Positions 11,993-25,910 of a DNA stretch of 64,000 bases are shown piece after piece. The position numbers and the translations under genes were made by a program. The notes beneath the pieces are model-generated. The model ran no database searches and was not told where the DNA came from. It saw only the letters and a program-made list of their open reading frames with translations. This stretch comes from Glaucostegus cemiculus (taxonomy: Eukaryota): assembly GCA_976551045.1 (NCBI GenBank), contig CDPCPM010000056.1:6324001-6388000 (forward strand), read 5' to 3'. How positions within the stretch are numbered: the first letter of the stretch is position 1; each line of letters starts with the position of its first letter.

Positions 11993-13825
11993 GTAAGTCG
12001 GCACATTGTGGGCTTTAAAGCATCGAGGTGCACCCCCAGCCCTTGTGCTAACGCAGCCTGGGAACCTGGCAATTGCATTTTGAAGATTGCATCCGTGTGT
12101 GTGTGTGCTTAGAAGAAAGGTCTCACGTTGAAAGCCATCACTTTGGTGCTCTGTTACCAATAAAGCAGCAGCTTTTAACAATCCTCATGCTGGGTTTGTG
12201 CTTCCCCCCTGCCCCCATTCGTAGAATAGGAGTTGGGCCTGTGCTGAATAGTTGCAGGGAAGCCCAGTATTATGGGGGGGAAAAAAGGCGTTTATTTACG
12301 TGTCTTTAGAGTCGATGTGCCGTTTGAATGGAAGAGCATTGGTGCATGTGATGCAACTGTTGTATTAAACCTTGAAAACTTGCTGTAGCTATTGGACGTT
12401 ATGGTATTTCAAATTTTTGCAGAAGCGGGAAAGTCGCAGTTGGGTTTATGTTGGGAAGTGGCATTTAAGGGACTTATCGACAAGTCTGCAGGCTGTGAAT
12501 CACTGAGGGAATGTTACACTGTCGCTTGTGCAGTCTTGGATGATGTGGTAAACATGTACTCTTGGGTGGATGTAAAAAGATACCATGAAGAATAAAGGAG
12601 CTATCCTTGGCATTGTAGTCAGTATGTGTTTCTCAACTAAACATTTTTTTTGTCATATAGGAGCTTGCTGTGTTTGTTGGGTGCTGCATTTCCTACAGTG
12701 GTGATCATACACCAAAAATTATGAAATTGTCTGTAAAGTACTTGTGGTATTGTGAAAGGTGTGTGAAATGTGGTTAGTGTCTTATCAGTGTGGTAGTTGT
12801 ATGATGTACAATTACAGTACTGTAATTATTTTAAGAATGCTTGAGTAAGCCTCAACAAATTCTGTGAGGCACATCTATTATGTTGGTGTGGTGAAATTGG
12901 ACTCCCAAGCCAAGAAAAGGGAAAGCCTAGAGGAGAAGCAGCCAAGTTTAGTTGTCTTATAAACTGACAAATTTAGAAGCAGAATTGGCTTGACAGATTT
13001 TCCTATTAAGAATCTTCTGATATTGCATTTAGTGTGACTTCCTGCTTGTTGATGCTGTAGACGTTCTATCAACTTTAAAATGTGAAAGACCATTGACCTA
13101 GGAAATCAGAATGGTTTAAATGTTATGGCTTGTGAAATTGATGTAATTGCTCAATGACATACTAGTACGAGTTGGATCACTTTGAGTAGGTAGCTTGAGA
13201 TTCAAGGAAGGAATTTTAATCAGCTGCATATTTCTCACCCTGCCTCATACTGCAGACAGCTTGCTCTTCCCATTCTTAAAAGATACGAGAACAAACCATC
13301 TACTTGTTGTGTTGGACTACCTTGGACTACAGCTGAGGCCAAAGGCTATAGGAAGTTCAAACTGGGAAAAAATGAGAGAAGAATGAAATCTGAGATTACC
13401 AGAAGGAGCGGGGACAAAGTTAGATGATGGAACTGAGATGTAAGGATGGAATGATTAATTATCTGAAATGGTTAAATTTAATTTTGAGAGAATTTTCCAT
13501 TTTAGCCTTGCATCTCATATTTCCAGCATTCAGTTTTTGTCTTAATTTCAGATTTCTTGCACTTCCACAGGAATTGATTTTTGTTATTCACTAGATTTTA
13601 TTTCTCTGTCCTCTGTACCACCAGCACCACTTGTTCATTCCATCTTTACCAATCTCTATCCTACTGTTTCCTATTTCTTTGCATACTTTCTTTGCAACTT
13701 TAAACTTTGTTTTCTGTTATTCTGGTTTTTTTTTCTCCAGTTGTAATGAAATATTAACTTTTTTCCCCAGTTATTTTGAGCATTTCCTATTTTGTTTTAT
13801 AGATTTGCAGCATGTGCAGTGTTAT

Positions 13826-14103
13826 GAGATATCTTTATTAGTGACATCAAAACACAATGAAATTCATCTTTTTGCGTAGAGTGTTCTGGGGGCAGCCCAC
13901 AAGTGTCACCGTGCTTCCAGCACCAACATAGCCCACAACTTCCTAACCTGTATGTCTTAGGAATGTGGGAGGAAACCAGAGCACCCAGAGGAAATCCATT
14001 GCAGACACGGGGAGAACGTACAAACTCCTTACAGACAGTGGCTGGAGTTACCCTGGGTTGCTGATGCTTTAGTAGCGTTACACTAACCGCTACACTACCG
14101 TGC
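13826..14103 (-). mobile_element. V-SINE copy
   Basis: Reverse complement of 51413-51700. Confidence 0.85.
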
Positions 14104-14169
14104 TTTTGGTTCACTGTAATGAAGCTGACATTGCTTGTTTCAGGCTTTTAGATTTTTCATTTTGAACAC

Positions 14170-15245
14170 ACCCTTCGACCCATCACGTCCATGTTGACCA
14201 TCAAGTACTAATTTATAAATGGGATAATACAGTACTTGGCCAGTAGCCTTCTCTGTTTCGACTATTAAAGAGCTTGTTTAGATGCTCTTATAGTTGTGAG
14301 ACCATGTCTCCTTCACCCCCCTCAGGCAGTGTGTTTCAGGTATCCTGACTAAATTTCTTACTGCTTATTCTAAGCATGCATAGACTATTGGTGTGGGAAA
14401 AGTTTCCCAATATTTACTGTCTGTGCCTGTTGAACTTTTGTACATCGGGATCAGGTCCCCTGACAGCCTCCTTCGCTCCAAGAAAAAAAACCCAGCCTAT
14501 CCATTGTCTGATAGCTTAAATGCTCCATCCTGGGCAACAACTTGGTGAAACACCTCTGCACCCTGTCCATTCCAAGCATGTCTTTCCTAAAATGTGGGAC
14601 CAGAACTGGACACTGTATTCCAGATGTGGATAATCAATATTTTGAAGATGTAAATTTGCCTCTTTTTTTATTCTGTGCCCTGACTAAGAGAAAGTCCTAT
14701 CCTTTTATGTCTTCTTTACTACCGTCTATCCATGATCAAGGATCTTTGGACTTTTCACCTAGGTCCCTCTGTTCCTTAAGACTCTGTAGGACCTTGCCAT
14801 TCACTGTGTATATCCTGCCCTTATTAATTACCCCATCCCTTTCCCCCCAAAAGTGTATTCATCTGCCACTTATCTGGGTTAAATTTTGTCTGCCATTGCT
14901 CTCCATCTTAATAACTGATTTAAATCAACCTATGAATATCACTGTCGACAACACCATTTTTATGTCATCTCAAACTTGTTAATCATACCTCAAATTCTTA
15001 ACCAAATCATTAATGTATATGGCAAACAGTAAGGGTGCCAGGTCTGATCCCTATGGTACACCACTGATCACAGACTTGCAACTACAAAAAACAATCCTCT
15101 ACCAGCACCATTTGCTCTTATTACTCAGTCAGTTTTGGATCTACTTTGGCAACTTGGGTTGTGTGGGCTCTAATCTTTTGGACCAGCCTCTCAAATAGAA
15201 TTTTGTTCAAGGTCTCACTGAAGTCTATGCAAACTGCATCATCTG
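14170..15245 (-). mobile_element. Old CR1 3' half fragment
   Basis: Degenerate similarity to 16985-17830, including a GVP.GS.L remnant near 15035-15065. Confidence 0.65.
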
Positions 15246-15794
15246 CATTATCTGCACATATAAGTTTGTTTGTAGAGAACTGTTGCAGGGGAGGTTTGGT
15301 TGAAGAAATGGTTTGATGTTTCTGCTGTGTTTTAGCCCTTCACTGTGAGGTTAATTTTGCTTTCTATGTTCTTATTCGGTGCCTTGGACAAGCAACCAAA
15401 TTAGTTATACATTAGTTTTCATAATCTTTGCTCCTCCCAGAAATTACAGTTAACAAAAAGTTATCTGCTGCAAACAATAATGCAAATAATAGTTGTTTAG
15501 GAGATTCACATTTTCAGTTTTCAGCTTGATTTTTGAGGGTCTATATAGGGCATTTGATGATATTAGGCAAAACAAATTGCCTGGTGCTTTTTGGATTCAC
15601 TTTACTTTGTAGGCACTTTAGTTGTCAAAAAACCCCTGCAGTTATTTGGCTGTCTGAGTCAGAAAGATGAACAAAAGAATGCTGTGCATAGGTGTTTGTT
15701 GGAACTGTGTTTTGAACTGATATTAGTAATTATTTTTTTTCAGATTTAATAAATCATTTACTAATAGATGCATGTCATAAAAGGCAATAGCAAT

Positions 15795-16100
15795 TTAGGC
15801 TGACACACCAAAGCAGTACTCTGAGAGTGCTGATCTTTTGGTGATGTCTTTCAATTTAAAATCAAGTTTGCCTCCTCAGGTGAATGTCATAGATCTTTTG
15901 AAACTATGTGAAAGAGCAGAAGGAGGTTATCTCTAGTGTTCTGCTTAAAATTTATCCCTCAACCTGTAGATTATGTGGTCATTATCACATAGCTGCTTGT
16001 GAAACTTCTACACGTTTGCTGCTGTATTTTCAACATTATAAGGGTGACTAAAATCAAATGCCTGTGAAGTTGGTTGGGATAACCTGAGTTTGTGAAGGAT
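15795..16100 (+). mobile_element. DeuSINE (SacSINE1/AmnSINE-like) relic
   Basis: Deu-domain-like GCTGACAC...GCAGTACT...GAGTGCTG...CTCAGGTGAATGT...GAGCAG...ATTTATCCCTCAACC; a weaker copy lies at ~26650-26930. Confidence 0.6.
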
Positions 16101-16106
16101 ATTAAA

Positions 16107-16421
16107 CAGGTCATCCCTGGGTTAAGAATGCCCAATATATGGACAACCCTACGTATGAGCAAGCTCCCATAATATTAAATTCAAAAGTATGACATATGTA
16201 CATACGTTCATTCCTACAAACAGCAGAACTAGTTTCTCCTCTCTCACTTTTAATAATTGTTCTTGGCAGTCTTGTGTGCTTTAGATCCTATTAATTGCAA
16301 TATTGTAGAGGTATGGTTACCATATTGAGTGATTTTTGTTTTTGTGTATTTTCTGACTTGTGGATAAAATTAACATAAAAATCTGTAAAAAAGAATCTGT
16401 TCTTTACCTGGATATCACCTG
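16107..16421. mobile_element. Possible Tigger/pogo-type MITE
   Basis: Degenerate TIRs ACAGGTCATCCCTGGGTTAA / TTTACCTGGATATCACCTGT(A). Confidence 0.4.
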
Positions 16422-16984
16422 TATAACTTTAATTCCAGGGAAATACAACATTCCAACAATATTATAGTAAAAGGCAGTTCCTCGAATTTGAATCTGGTGT
16501 AGTTAAATTTTCAGTCTGTATCTAACTGATGGAGAAGCTATATAAATATTTTATCTGGAGATAACATTTTGAGTTGAAATTGGGTGAACAAGTTGATGAC
16601 TGCTAAAATGTACGAGTCTGGAACTTGCTGGTAAATGTCAGGAGTTCCATAGTGAGTTGCCAACATTTATCCACATAAATGCCATCAAATTCAAGGCTTC
16701 TGCATATCCCTTTCTGAATTTGCTGACATTTCTGTAGCAAATCAGTCACTGTGCCCATTTGCTGGACTTCACGTGGGGACTTTAGAGCTGCACGATAGAA
16801 ATGTAATAATAACGTAAGTTGCATTTTAATTCTTTGCAGGATTGTCTTAAGTAATTTTTTTTAGCTGTTGAGATTTCTTGAATATTAAGGTCAGAGCAGA
16901 AACAACAGTTCTGTAGTTTGATAAACGGTTAGCTAAAAAATTGGTGGAAGCAGTTTCTGTGGTAACTTTGAAAAGGGAATCGGA

Positions 16985-17830
16985 TAGAACATAGAACATT
17001 ACAGCACAGTACAGGCCCTTCAGCCCATGATGTAGTGCTGACATTTTATCCTGCCATAAGATCTTTCTAACCCTTCCCTCCCACATAGCCACATGAATGA
17101 TAGAAAAATGGAGGGCTATCTAAGAGTCTCTTAAATGTCCCTAATGTATCTGCCTCCACCACCTCTGTCGGCAGTGCATTCCACACACCCACCACTCTGT
17201 GTAAACAAAAAAATTGCCTCTAACATCCCCACTCTACCTTCCTCCAATCACCTTAAAATGATGCCTCCTCATATTAGCTATTCTCGCCCTGGGAAAAAGT
17301 CTCTGAGTGTTCACTTGATCTATGCCTCTAATCATCTTGTACACCTCTATCAAGTCTCCTCTCATCCTTCTTCTCTCCAAAGAGAAAAGCCCCAGCTTGC
17401 TCAACCTATCCTCAGAATACATGCTCTCCAATCCAGGCAGCATCCTGGTTAAATCTCCTTTGAATCCTCTAAAGCTTCCACATCCTTCCTGTAATGAGGT
17501 GACTAGAACTGAACACAATACTTCAAGTGTGGTCTAACCAGAGTTCTATAGAGTTACAACATCACCTCACGGCTCTTGAACTCAATACCCCGACTAATGA
17601 AGGCCAACACACCATATACTTTCTTAACAACCCTATCAACCTGCACGGCAGCCTTGAGGGATCTAAGGGTGTGGTCCTCAAGATTCCTCTGTTCCTCCAC
17701 ACTGCTAGGAGTCCTGACACTAACCTTGTATTCTGCCTTCAAATTCGATCTTCCAAAGTGTATCACTTCACACTTTTCCAGGTTGAACTCCATCTGCTAC
17801 TTCTCAGTCCAGCCCTGCATCCTATCAACC
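16985..17830 (-). mobile_element. CR1 LINE 3' fragment
   Basis: MEFNLEKCEVIHFGRSN and [20 protein letters not shown]; TAGAACATAGAACA tail. Confidence 0.9.
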
Positions 17831-20800
17831 TATGTCTAATTGGAAAAACAAATTGCAGTGTACCAGGGAAAGAATGACCACCTTTGTTTTGAGATGCCAT
17901 GAAAAACCGCTGGTAGTCACAAACACATCATTGGTTTAAGTAATCTTATGTGGTGCGGTAGGTGAATATATTCCTTTACTGTTATTCCTTTAATATATTA
18001 CTTCACTTCAGAGAAAAAAAAATTAACCTCTCTTTAAGAAGTCTGACAGTACTGATCAAGATGTATACCAAGAATCTTTTTGAAATTTTCACAACTCTTT
18101 GAAAATTTAAATGTGGCAGATTTTTTAATTTTTTTGTTTCATTTTGGAGGAGTGATGAAATGAGGAATTTCATTGCATGTGCCAAAAATACTGCAATAAA
18201 TAATGCTGCAAAGTTAATTTTATATAATGGTTCCCATGCAGTTATTCTGGGTTATTCTAGATGAATAAAGAATATGTTACTTGATTTATATTGCTAGTTA
18301 TCATAAAGACTTTGCTAGGAATTGTGTATTGGTCTTTCTCTTGGGGTTGGGTGGGTGGTAATTGCTGTTACCTTTTATAATATGCAGCTCGAATTTTAAA
18401 ACTTGAACTTTTAACAATGATGAATCCAGTCGTAATCTTGAAATAATGCAGCCTTGGAATGGAGTCAGAACATTTGTAATAAAACATTGCTGAAAATTCT
18501 AGGTAGTTCACACAGCATCCCAGAAGAGAGCAAAAAGGTAAATGTTTCTGGTTGTTGTCTTTTCATCACAACTGGAAATACAAGAACACAAGTGTGTTTC
18601 AACTTAAAAAAAAGGGGAGGGAGAAAGGTGGAGAGAACAAAAAGAAGGAAAATAGAAAAGAACTGCTGATGCTGTAAAATGTAAATTAAAACAGAAAATG
18701 CTGAAATACTCAACAGGCCAGGCTGCAACTATGGGAAGAGGAACAGAGTTAATGTTCTGGGTTGAAGACCGTAAAACTAAAAGAATACCTGTAATTGGGT
18801 GGAGTCCAAGGTTAGTGTTGATGAGTAGAAGAGATGGTGATACATGCTTGTTAAATGTGGCTAATCTGTGTGGAGGAGAGCAAGTAAAGATAAATAAATG
18901 AGGTTATCAAGGAAAACTGGAACTGTGGCATGCAGAATGTAACAGTTGTTGCATATCTGCAGAGAGAATTAATGTTACAGATGATATTGCATCAGAACTG
19001 GTCAGTTCTGATATTCACTCGTTATTTGAAATGGTTGAATTAACATTTTGTCAGAAACTGGTGTTGCTGCTCAAGTTAAAATCAATTGAACTGCAGGTGT
19101 TGGAAATCTAAAATAAAATAGAAAATGCTGTAAATACTGTGCAGATCAGGTGGCATGTGGGAAGAGAAACAGAGTTCAAGTTGAAGACCCTTTGTCAGAA
19201 CTGGGAAGGAGAAAAAAAGCTTGTTAAGCTGCGGGGGTGGGGGAATGGGTTGATGTCTCTAGGATAAAAGGTGCTGTTCCTTAAGCTTATGTTGGGGTGT
19301 TTAACAATATGGGAGCCTAAAGAAACAGGGCAGAGTGCGATGGGAAACTGAAGTGGTAGCCATATGTAAACTCTGTCACCTTTGTGTGCTGAACAGTGCT
19401 TCTTGGTGATTTAAAACCAAGGAATTCTAAGTAAGAGCTACAGACATCCCCTGCTTTCTGTCATTGAAGCCAACTTAGTGATTATGCAGCAATAAGTTAT
19501 GCAGTATCTGTTAAGCTACATTGACCCCTTTTTTCGAAGCTGATGCAGCTATGGATAATTGTAATGGCCCATAATGATTTACAAGTCATTGCCAAAGAGT
19601 GCTAGTCATCTGCCTCCTGGAATATGTTGTTTCTTCGGTAGTATTATGCTGGGAGGCTGCTCCCAGTGTATCATATTAATAATGTTCACCTCACAATTAA
19701 TGTTGTGTGTAAAAGTTGAAAGTCTAAAATTGCATACAAGAACCAAAATTCTGAAGTATCTCCAGGATTTTCTGATTGTGTTTCTGACTTCCAGTATTTG
19801 GAGTTTTTTTGCTTTTGGATAGCTATTTAACCTTGAGGCTTGCTTTTTGCCCACACATATTCCATCCTTCTCCATAACATCTGCAGTTTTTGTCATTGCC
19901 TGTGATCCTTTGCAAGATCTTCACTATTCACTATATCATCACCTTTGTTAGATTCTGATTTGACTATTTTCAATGTTCTGGCTTGTCTCCCATTGAGTTC
20001 ATCCAAATACCTTTTGCACATTAATTCTGTCATCTCATCTACTTTGGTCCCCATCCTAGCAAGAGGAATAAGGCCACATATTCTTAGATTGAATGGGATA
20101 TAGGTGGAAGTTATAAAATCTGTTGATGCAGTGAAAAAGGGCAAGGAGCAAATTTGCATCAATTGCAAATGGCAGGGTGAATCTTTCTGGCCAAGAGCGA
20201 GGTTTCTTTATAATAATTTCTAATACCTGACACACATCAAGGCATAACCAAAGGCTTAGTCAGTGGTAGGTTGTAAGGAGAAGTTTAAACTGGAGAAGTT
20301 AAAGAATGGGAATTTGGGGCTGAGTTCATTGGTAAATTACAGAATTTGGGAATGTGAAACAAACTGGCATTGGAAGGGTGCAGAGATCTGGAATGGTGAT
20401 TCTAAATGAAGCAATTCTCAACACTTTCTACAGGCACCTTCTGTTCTCTTACATCATAGCCAACATAGTGACAATGCTCAAGAAAGTGATTTCCAACTGT
20501 TGAAGAAAGACTTTAAGTTAAATTTCACCCACTTTAGAAGAAACTGAAGTACTTGAACTATATTCATAATATATTAAGTAAATAATTTTGATGCAGATCT
20601 TCCTCTACATTCTATGTACAGTCAGTTCAGCACATTCTCTTGCAATGTGATGAACCCGCTAATGTTTCCTCCTCTATGTGATGGTGAAGACTGTTACACA
20701 AGGCCCAACCCCTCGGTGTCTATTGGTAGCTATACTGTAGACTATTGTGTTTCCCACAAAGCCTTTGCAGTGGCAGCACCAAAGTGTCCCTCAGCATGCA

Positions 20801-20975
20801 TTCCTGACCCAGCGAATGTATCATCTGGTATTGTGGACCAACAAGTGAAAGTATTAAGGATAATTGTAAAGGTATAAAGGGGTCAGTTAGGATTAGTGGT
20901 CACCAGCATCTTGGAATATACTTTCTGAACAGAGCTGAGGGTCCATTGTTCTGCTGGGAGATAGTCTCCCAGTGT

Positions 20976-21492
20976 CACGGTTCATCCCCAGCAGCTGAGT
21001 AACAGAGGATTCTCTGATCTATGGGCTGTTACCGGGGACACACTCGGAGGTGGACATCAACTGCTGCTGGAAGGTCATCAACTCAGTGAAAGACGCCCTT
21101 TGGTCTGCCTGGAACTTGTTGGTCTTCCAGCACTGTGAGATGTCAGTAGGGGAATGCTGCTGACTGGCACATTCCAGGTTGCAGGAGTATGTGCTGAGAG
21201 ATGCACCGAAGCCAGGCACAGCCAATGCTAAGGCGCGGTGGGGAAGGGCCACAGTTTAGGGTTCTTCTGCCACAGGAGAGGGAGGGGCGGGGTCAGGTGA
21301 GGAAGCCCCTCAAAGGCTGTAAATATGGGATGGGGTATCACCCCAGGGAGCCAAACGAGTGGCATTGGTGCTCTGTTTTGTATATGTAAACTGGAAACGC
21401 TAAGAATGGAATTGTAATCAAATGTAAAGGTTTGAACGGTTTTTTATTGTATATAGTTTATTATGAATAAAGTTTATTTTGTTAATAAAAAA
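20976..21492 (+). mobile_element. 5'-truncated Tx1/L1-clade LINE with A-rich tail and 13-bp TSD
   Basis: SRFIPSS*VTEDSLIYGLLPGTH...WKVINSVKDALWS...LQEYVLRDA ORF2 C-terminus; AATAAA plus A-tail; TSD AGTCTCCCAGTGT (20963-20975) / AGTCTCTCAGTGT (21493-21505). Confidence 0.8.
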
Positions 21493-22145
21493 AGTCTCTC
21501 AGTGTGTTGTCATAATAAAATTTAAACTGTTATTATATTTCAAAATTTAAAAATGACTGAAAATGCATAGACTTAAAAAAACAATTAAAATATGCAAATG
21601 AACTTAAATCCAATTATAAGTTCAACTTGCCTTTTCCTGGCAACTGATTTCTCATATTCATTAGAAAGGGTCTGCTGGACTGGCTGCTGTTTAACGTGAT
21701 GTGCATTTAGTGGTGAATTTGCTCCCTGAAAGTTCACGCTGCTTCATTGGACTTGGAAGAGTCCAACCAGGTAGCACAGAAGTTACTTCGCTCACTTAAC
21801 AGAAAGCTGCCATGCAGCCTCAGCTTGGGAATTGCTTAGTTATGGATATATTTGCTGGAAGGTCTGTCAGATGCTGGCAAAACATTTGCCCCATTAACTC
21901 TCACATAGACATTTTTCCAATGTGATGTTGAGTCTGGCACCATCTGTAGGGCATTTGTAGCATGAAATAACAATTTAGCAACACAGTCAATCAGATTAAA
22001 TAACATTTCCAGCCAGCAAACCAAAATGAGTAAAAACATTCAATTTTATAATGCTTTAAACATTTTGCAAAAAAATGAACTATTGTGCCAAACACATGGA
22101 ACCTAAGATGTTGAAATATTTTAGTTTTTAATATTTTTGAACATT

Positions 22146-22850
22146 CATTGAACATAGAACATTACAGCACAGCACAGGCCCTTCAGCCCACAATGTTGTG
22201 CCGATATTTTATCCTGCTCTACCTAACCCTTCCCTCCCACATAGCCCCCTATTTTTCTATCATTCATGTGTCTGAGAGTCTCTTAGATGTCCCCAATGTA
22301 ACTGCCCCCACAACCTCTGCTGTCAGTGCGTTCCATGCACCTACCACCCTTGGTGTTTTAAGTAAAGCTTACCCCTGACATCCCCCTTATATCTTCCTTC
22401 AATCACCTTAAAATTATGTTCCCTTGTGTTAGCCATTGTCACCCTGGGGAAAAAGTCTCTGACTGTCCACTTGATCTATGCCTCTTGTCATCTTGAACAC
22501 CTCTATTAAGTCACCTCTCATCCTCCTCCTCTCCAAAGAGAAAAGCCCTAGCTCACTCAACCTATCCTCATAAGACATGCTCTCCAATCCAGGCAACATC
22601 TTGGTAAATCTCCTCTGCACCCTCTCTAGAGCTTACACATCCTTCCTATAATGAGGTGACCAGAACTGAACACAATACTCCAAGTGTGGTCTAACCAGAG
22701 TTCTGTAGAGCTGCAACAGCACCTTATGGCTCTTGAACTCAATACCCCGACTATGAAGTCCAATACACCATAAACCTTCTTAACAACCCTATTGACCTGT
22801 GCGGCAACCTTGAGGGATCTATGGCTGTGGACCCCAAGATCCCTGTTCCT
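22146..22850 (-). mobile_element. CR1 LINE 3' fragment
   Basis: [32 protein letters not shown]; GAACATAGAACA tail. Confidence 0.9.
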
Positions 22851-22854
22851 TCAC

Positions 22855-25800
22855 TGTACCATCCTTACCCTGCCTCAATGGGACAAACCTATCCAGAGCA
22901 CCTGTGTGGAAGCAACAACTTACCCCACAAGACAGCAGAATCCACTCTAGGTCTTCCAAGCTTACCTCCCAGTTCAGGGGGATCCACTCCAGGTCTTACA
23001 GGTCTGACCTTTAACTATAACTTACCTGGTGACTCCACTTCAGGTCCGAAGAGTCGGCGCCGCATATCTCGGAAATGTGGCAAGAGGACTGGGCTGCAGG
23101 TGAAGCTGAAACAATGTGGTTACAAGACTCCCCCACCTCCCCAGCATACTACTAGTTAACATTCAGTCCATTGAGAACAAAGTTGATGAACTAAGGGCAA
23201 GGCTGACCTACCAAAGAATGCTGAGGAACTGTTGTGTACTATGTGTCACTGAAACGTGGCTCACACCTGCCTCACCTGACTGGTATTCAACCTGAGGGCT
23301 TCTCAATTCATTGAATGGACTGTACAGCATCCTCAGGCAAAGTTAAAGGCAAGGGGGGGGGGGTGGGTGCGCGGGGGTCTGCTTCTTAATCAATAACTTA
23401 TGGTGCTTGGACATGACGGTCATGGCGAGCTCCTGCTCACCCAACCTGGAATATCTAAGGTGAAGTGTTGACCATTCTATCTGCCAAGGGAGTTCATTTC
23501 AGTTATCCTGTGGCAGTCTGCATCCCACCACTGATGGACATGAAGCCTGTGCTCAATGAGCTATACTCCATGGTCAACAACCTTGAGGCAGGATATCCTG
23601 AGGCCCTCTTCATCATCGCAGGGGACTTCATTCAGGCCAACCTCAAGAGTGTGTTACCAAAATGCTATCAGCACATCTCCTGCTCCACTGGGGCACCAAC
23701 CCCCTTGACCACTGCTACACAGCCATCAAAGATGCCTTCCGAGCCACTCCTCGTCCTCACCTTGGGAAATCAGACCATGAGGCTGTGCTCCTTCTCCCTG
23801 CATACAAACAAACTGAAATGGGACGATACGGTACAGAGAGTTGTGCAGTGCTGGTCTGAGGAAGCAGATGAGCTCCTACGTGATTGCTTTGAGACAGTGG
23901 ACTGGTCCATGTTCAAAGACTCAGTTGCCAGCCTTGATGAGTATGTCACCACCATCACAGACCTTATCAGCAAGTGTGTGGTGGACTGTGTACCAAAGAA
24001 GACAATACAGGTGTTCCCAAACACAAAACCATGGATAAACTGGGAGATCCACTCCCTGTCGAAGATGAGGACTGCTGCACACAAATCTGGAGATCCTGAT
24101 CTTTACAAGAAATCGGTATGACCTTCGGAAAGCTATCAGGGATGCCAAGAGGCAATACCGACTCAAAATAGAGTCCCTGACCAGCTGTCAGTTACAGCAG
24201 GGCTTACATGCCTTTACAGGCTACAAGACGAAGTCAGGCTGCATTGTTAACAACAATACATCCCTTCCTGATGAACTTAACATATTCTATGTGCGTTTTG
24301 AACAGAAGGGAAGTGGATTGTCACCATCCACCCTGACAGGCTCCAGTGCAGCTGAACCTGTGATCACAGTGGAGGATGTAAGATCAGTGTTCCAGAGAGT
24401 GAACACAAGGAAAGCACCTGGCCTAGATGGTGTCCCTGGCCATGTGCTCAGATCTTGCGCTGATCAGCTGGCAGAAGTATTTGCGGACATATTCAATCTC
24501 TCCCTGCTTCAATCTTAGGTTCCCACCTGTTTTAAGAAGACCACTATCATCACGGTACTGAAGAAAAGCAAGGTAACATGCATCAATGAGTACTGACCAG
24601 TGGCTCTGACATCCACCACCATGAACTGCTTTGAGAGGTTGGTCATGGTATGCATCAACTCCAGCCTCCCAGACAACCTTGACCCACTGCAATTCGCCTA
24701 TTGCCGGAACAGGTCTACAGCAGATGCAATCTCCCTGGCCCTACACTCAGCTCTGGAGCATGTGGACAGTAAAGACACCTATGTTAGACTATTGTATTGA
24801 AGGCAGAGCTGTAGTCAATAATCCCAAGCAAACTCCAAGACTTAGGACAACACCACCCTCTGTAACTGGAGGCTTGACTTTCTAACAAACAGACTGCAAT
24901 CAGTGAGGATAGACAGCAATACCTCTGACGCGATTATTCTCAACACTGGTGCCCCACAAGGCTGAGTCCTCAGTCCTCTACTCCCTATATACTCATGACT
25001 GTGTGGCCAGATTCTGCTCTAACTTCATCTACAAGTTTACAGATGATACCACCATTGTAGACTGTATCTCAAACAACAATGAGGCGGAGTACAGGAAGGC
25101 GATAGAGAGCTTAGTGGAATGGTGTCATGACAACAACCTTTCCCTCAATGTCAACAAAACAAAAGAGCTGGTCAATGACTTCAGGAAAGGGGGTGGTGTA
25201 CATGCACCTGTCTACATCAATGGTGCTGAGGTCAAGAGGGTTGAGAGCTTCAAGTTCCTGTGTGTGAACATCACCAACAGCCTGTCCTGGTCAAATCACA
25301 TAGATGCCACAGCCAAGAAAGCTCACCAGTGCCTCTACTTCATCAGGAAGCTAAAGAAATTTGGTTTGTCCCCTTTGACTCTCACCATCTTTTACTGATG
25401 TACCATAGAAAGCATCCTATATGGATGTATCACGGCTTGGTATGGCAGTTGTGGACACAGCCCAGCACATCATGGACACCAGCCTCCCCTCCCTGGACTC
25501 CCCTCTCATTGTCTTGGTGAAGCAGCCAGCATAATCAAAGACCCCACCCACCTGGGACATTCTCTCTTCTCTCCTCTTCCATCGAGTAGAAGATACAGGA
25601 GCCTGAGGGCACGTACCAGCAGAATTAAAGACAGCTTCTGTCCCACTGTGATAAGACTACTGAATGGTTCCCTTATACAATGAGATGACTATGACTTCAT
25701 AATCTATCTTGTTGTGACCTTGCACCTTATTGCACTGCACTTTCTCTGTGATACTTTTACTGTTATTTTTTTACCTGTACTACATCAATGGACTCTGTAC

Positions 25801-25910
25801 TAACTCAATGTAACTGCACTGTGTAATGATTGACCTGTATGATCAGTATGCAAGACAAGTTTTTCACTGTATCTCGGTACAAGTGACAATAATAAACCGA
25901 TACCAATACC
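22855..25910 (+). mobile_element. Near full-length decayed Rex1/Babar-clade LINE (APE endonuclease + RT)
   Basis: APE motifs ILLVNIQSIENKVDEL, IIAGDF and LGKSDH; RT motifs [26 protein letters not shown] and LSLNVNKTKEL; many stops and frameshifts; 3' tail GTACAAGTGACAATAATAAACCGATACCAATACC. Confidence 0.85.

Larger units (their letters stand above)
10830..12070. promoter_or_regulatory. CpG island / bidirectional promoter shared by SELENOF and HS2ST1
   Basis: Only CpG-dense segment in an AT-rich, CpG-poor window; the divergent ATGs are ~800 bp apart. CCAAT boxes (ATTGG 11161 and 11321; CCAAT 11338), GC box GGGGCGGGGC 11431-11440, ETS CCGGAAG 11107-11113, NRF1-like GCGCGTGCGC ~11531, YY1 CCGCCATCTT 11061-11070. 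Confidence 0.9.
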
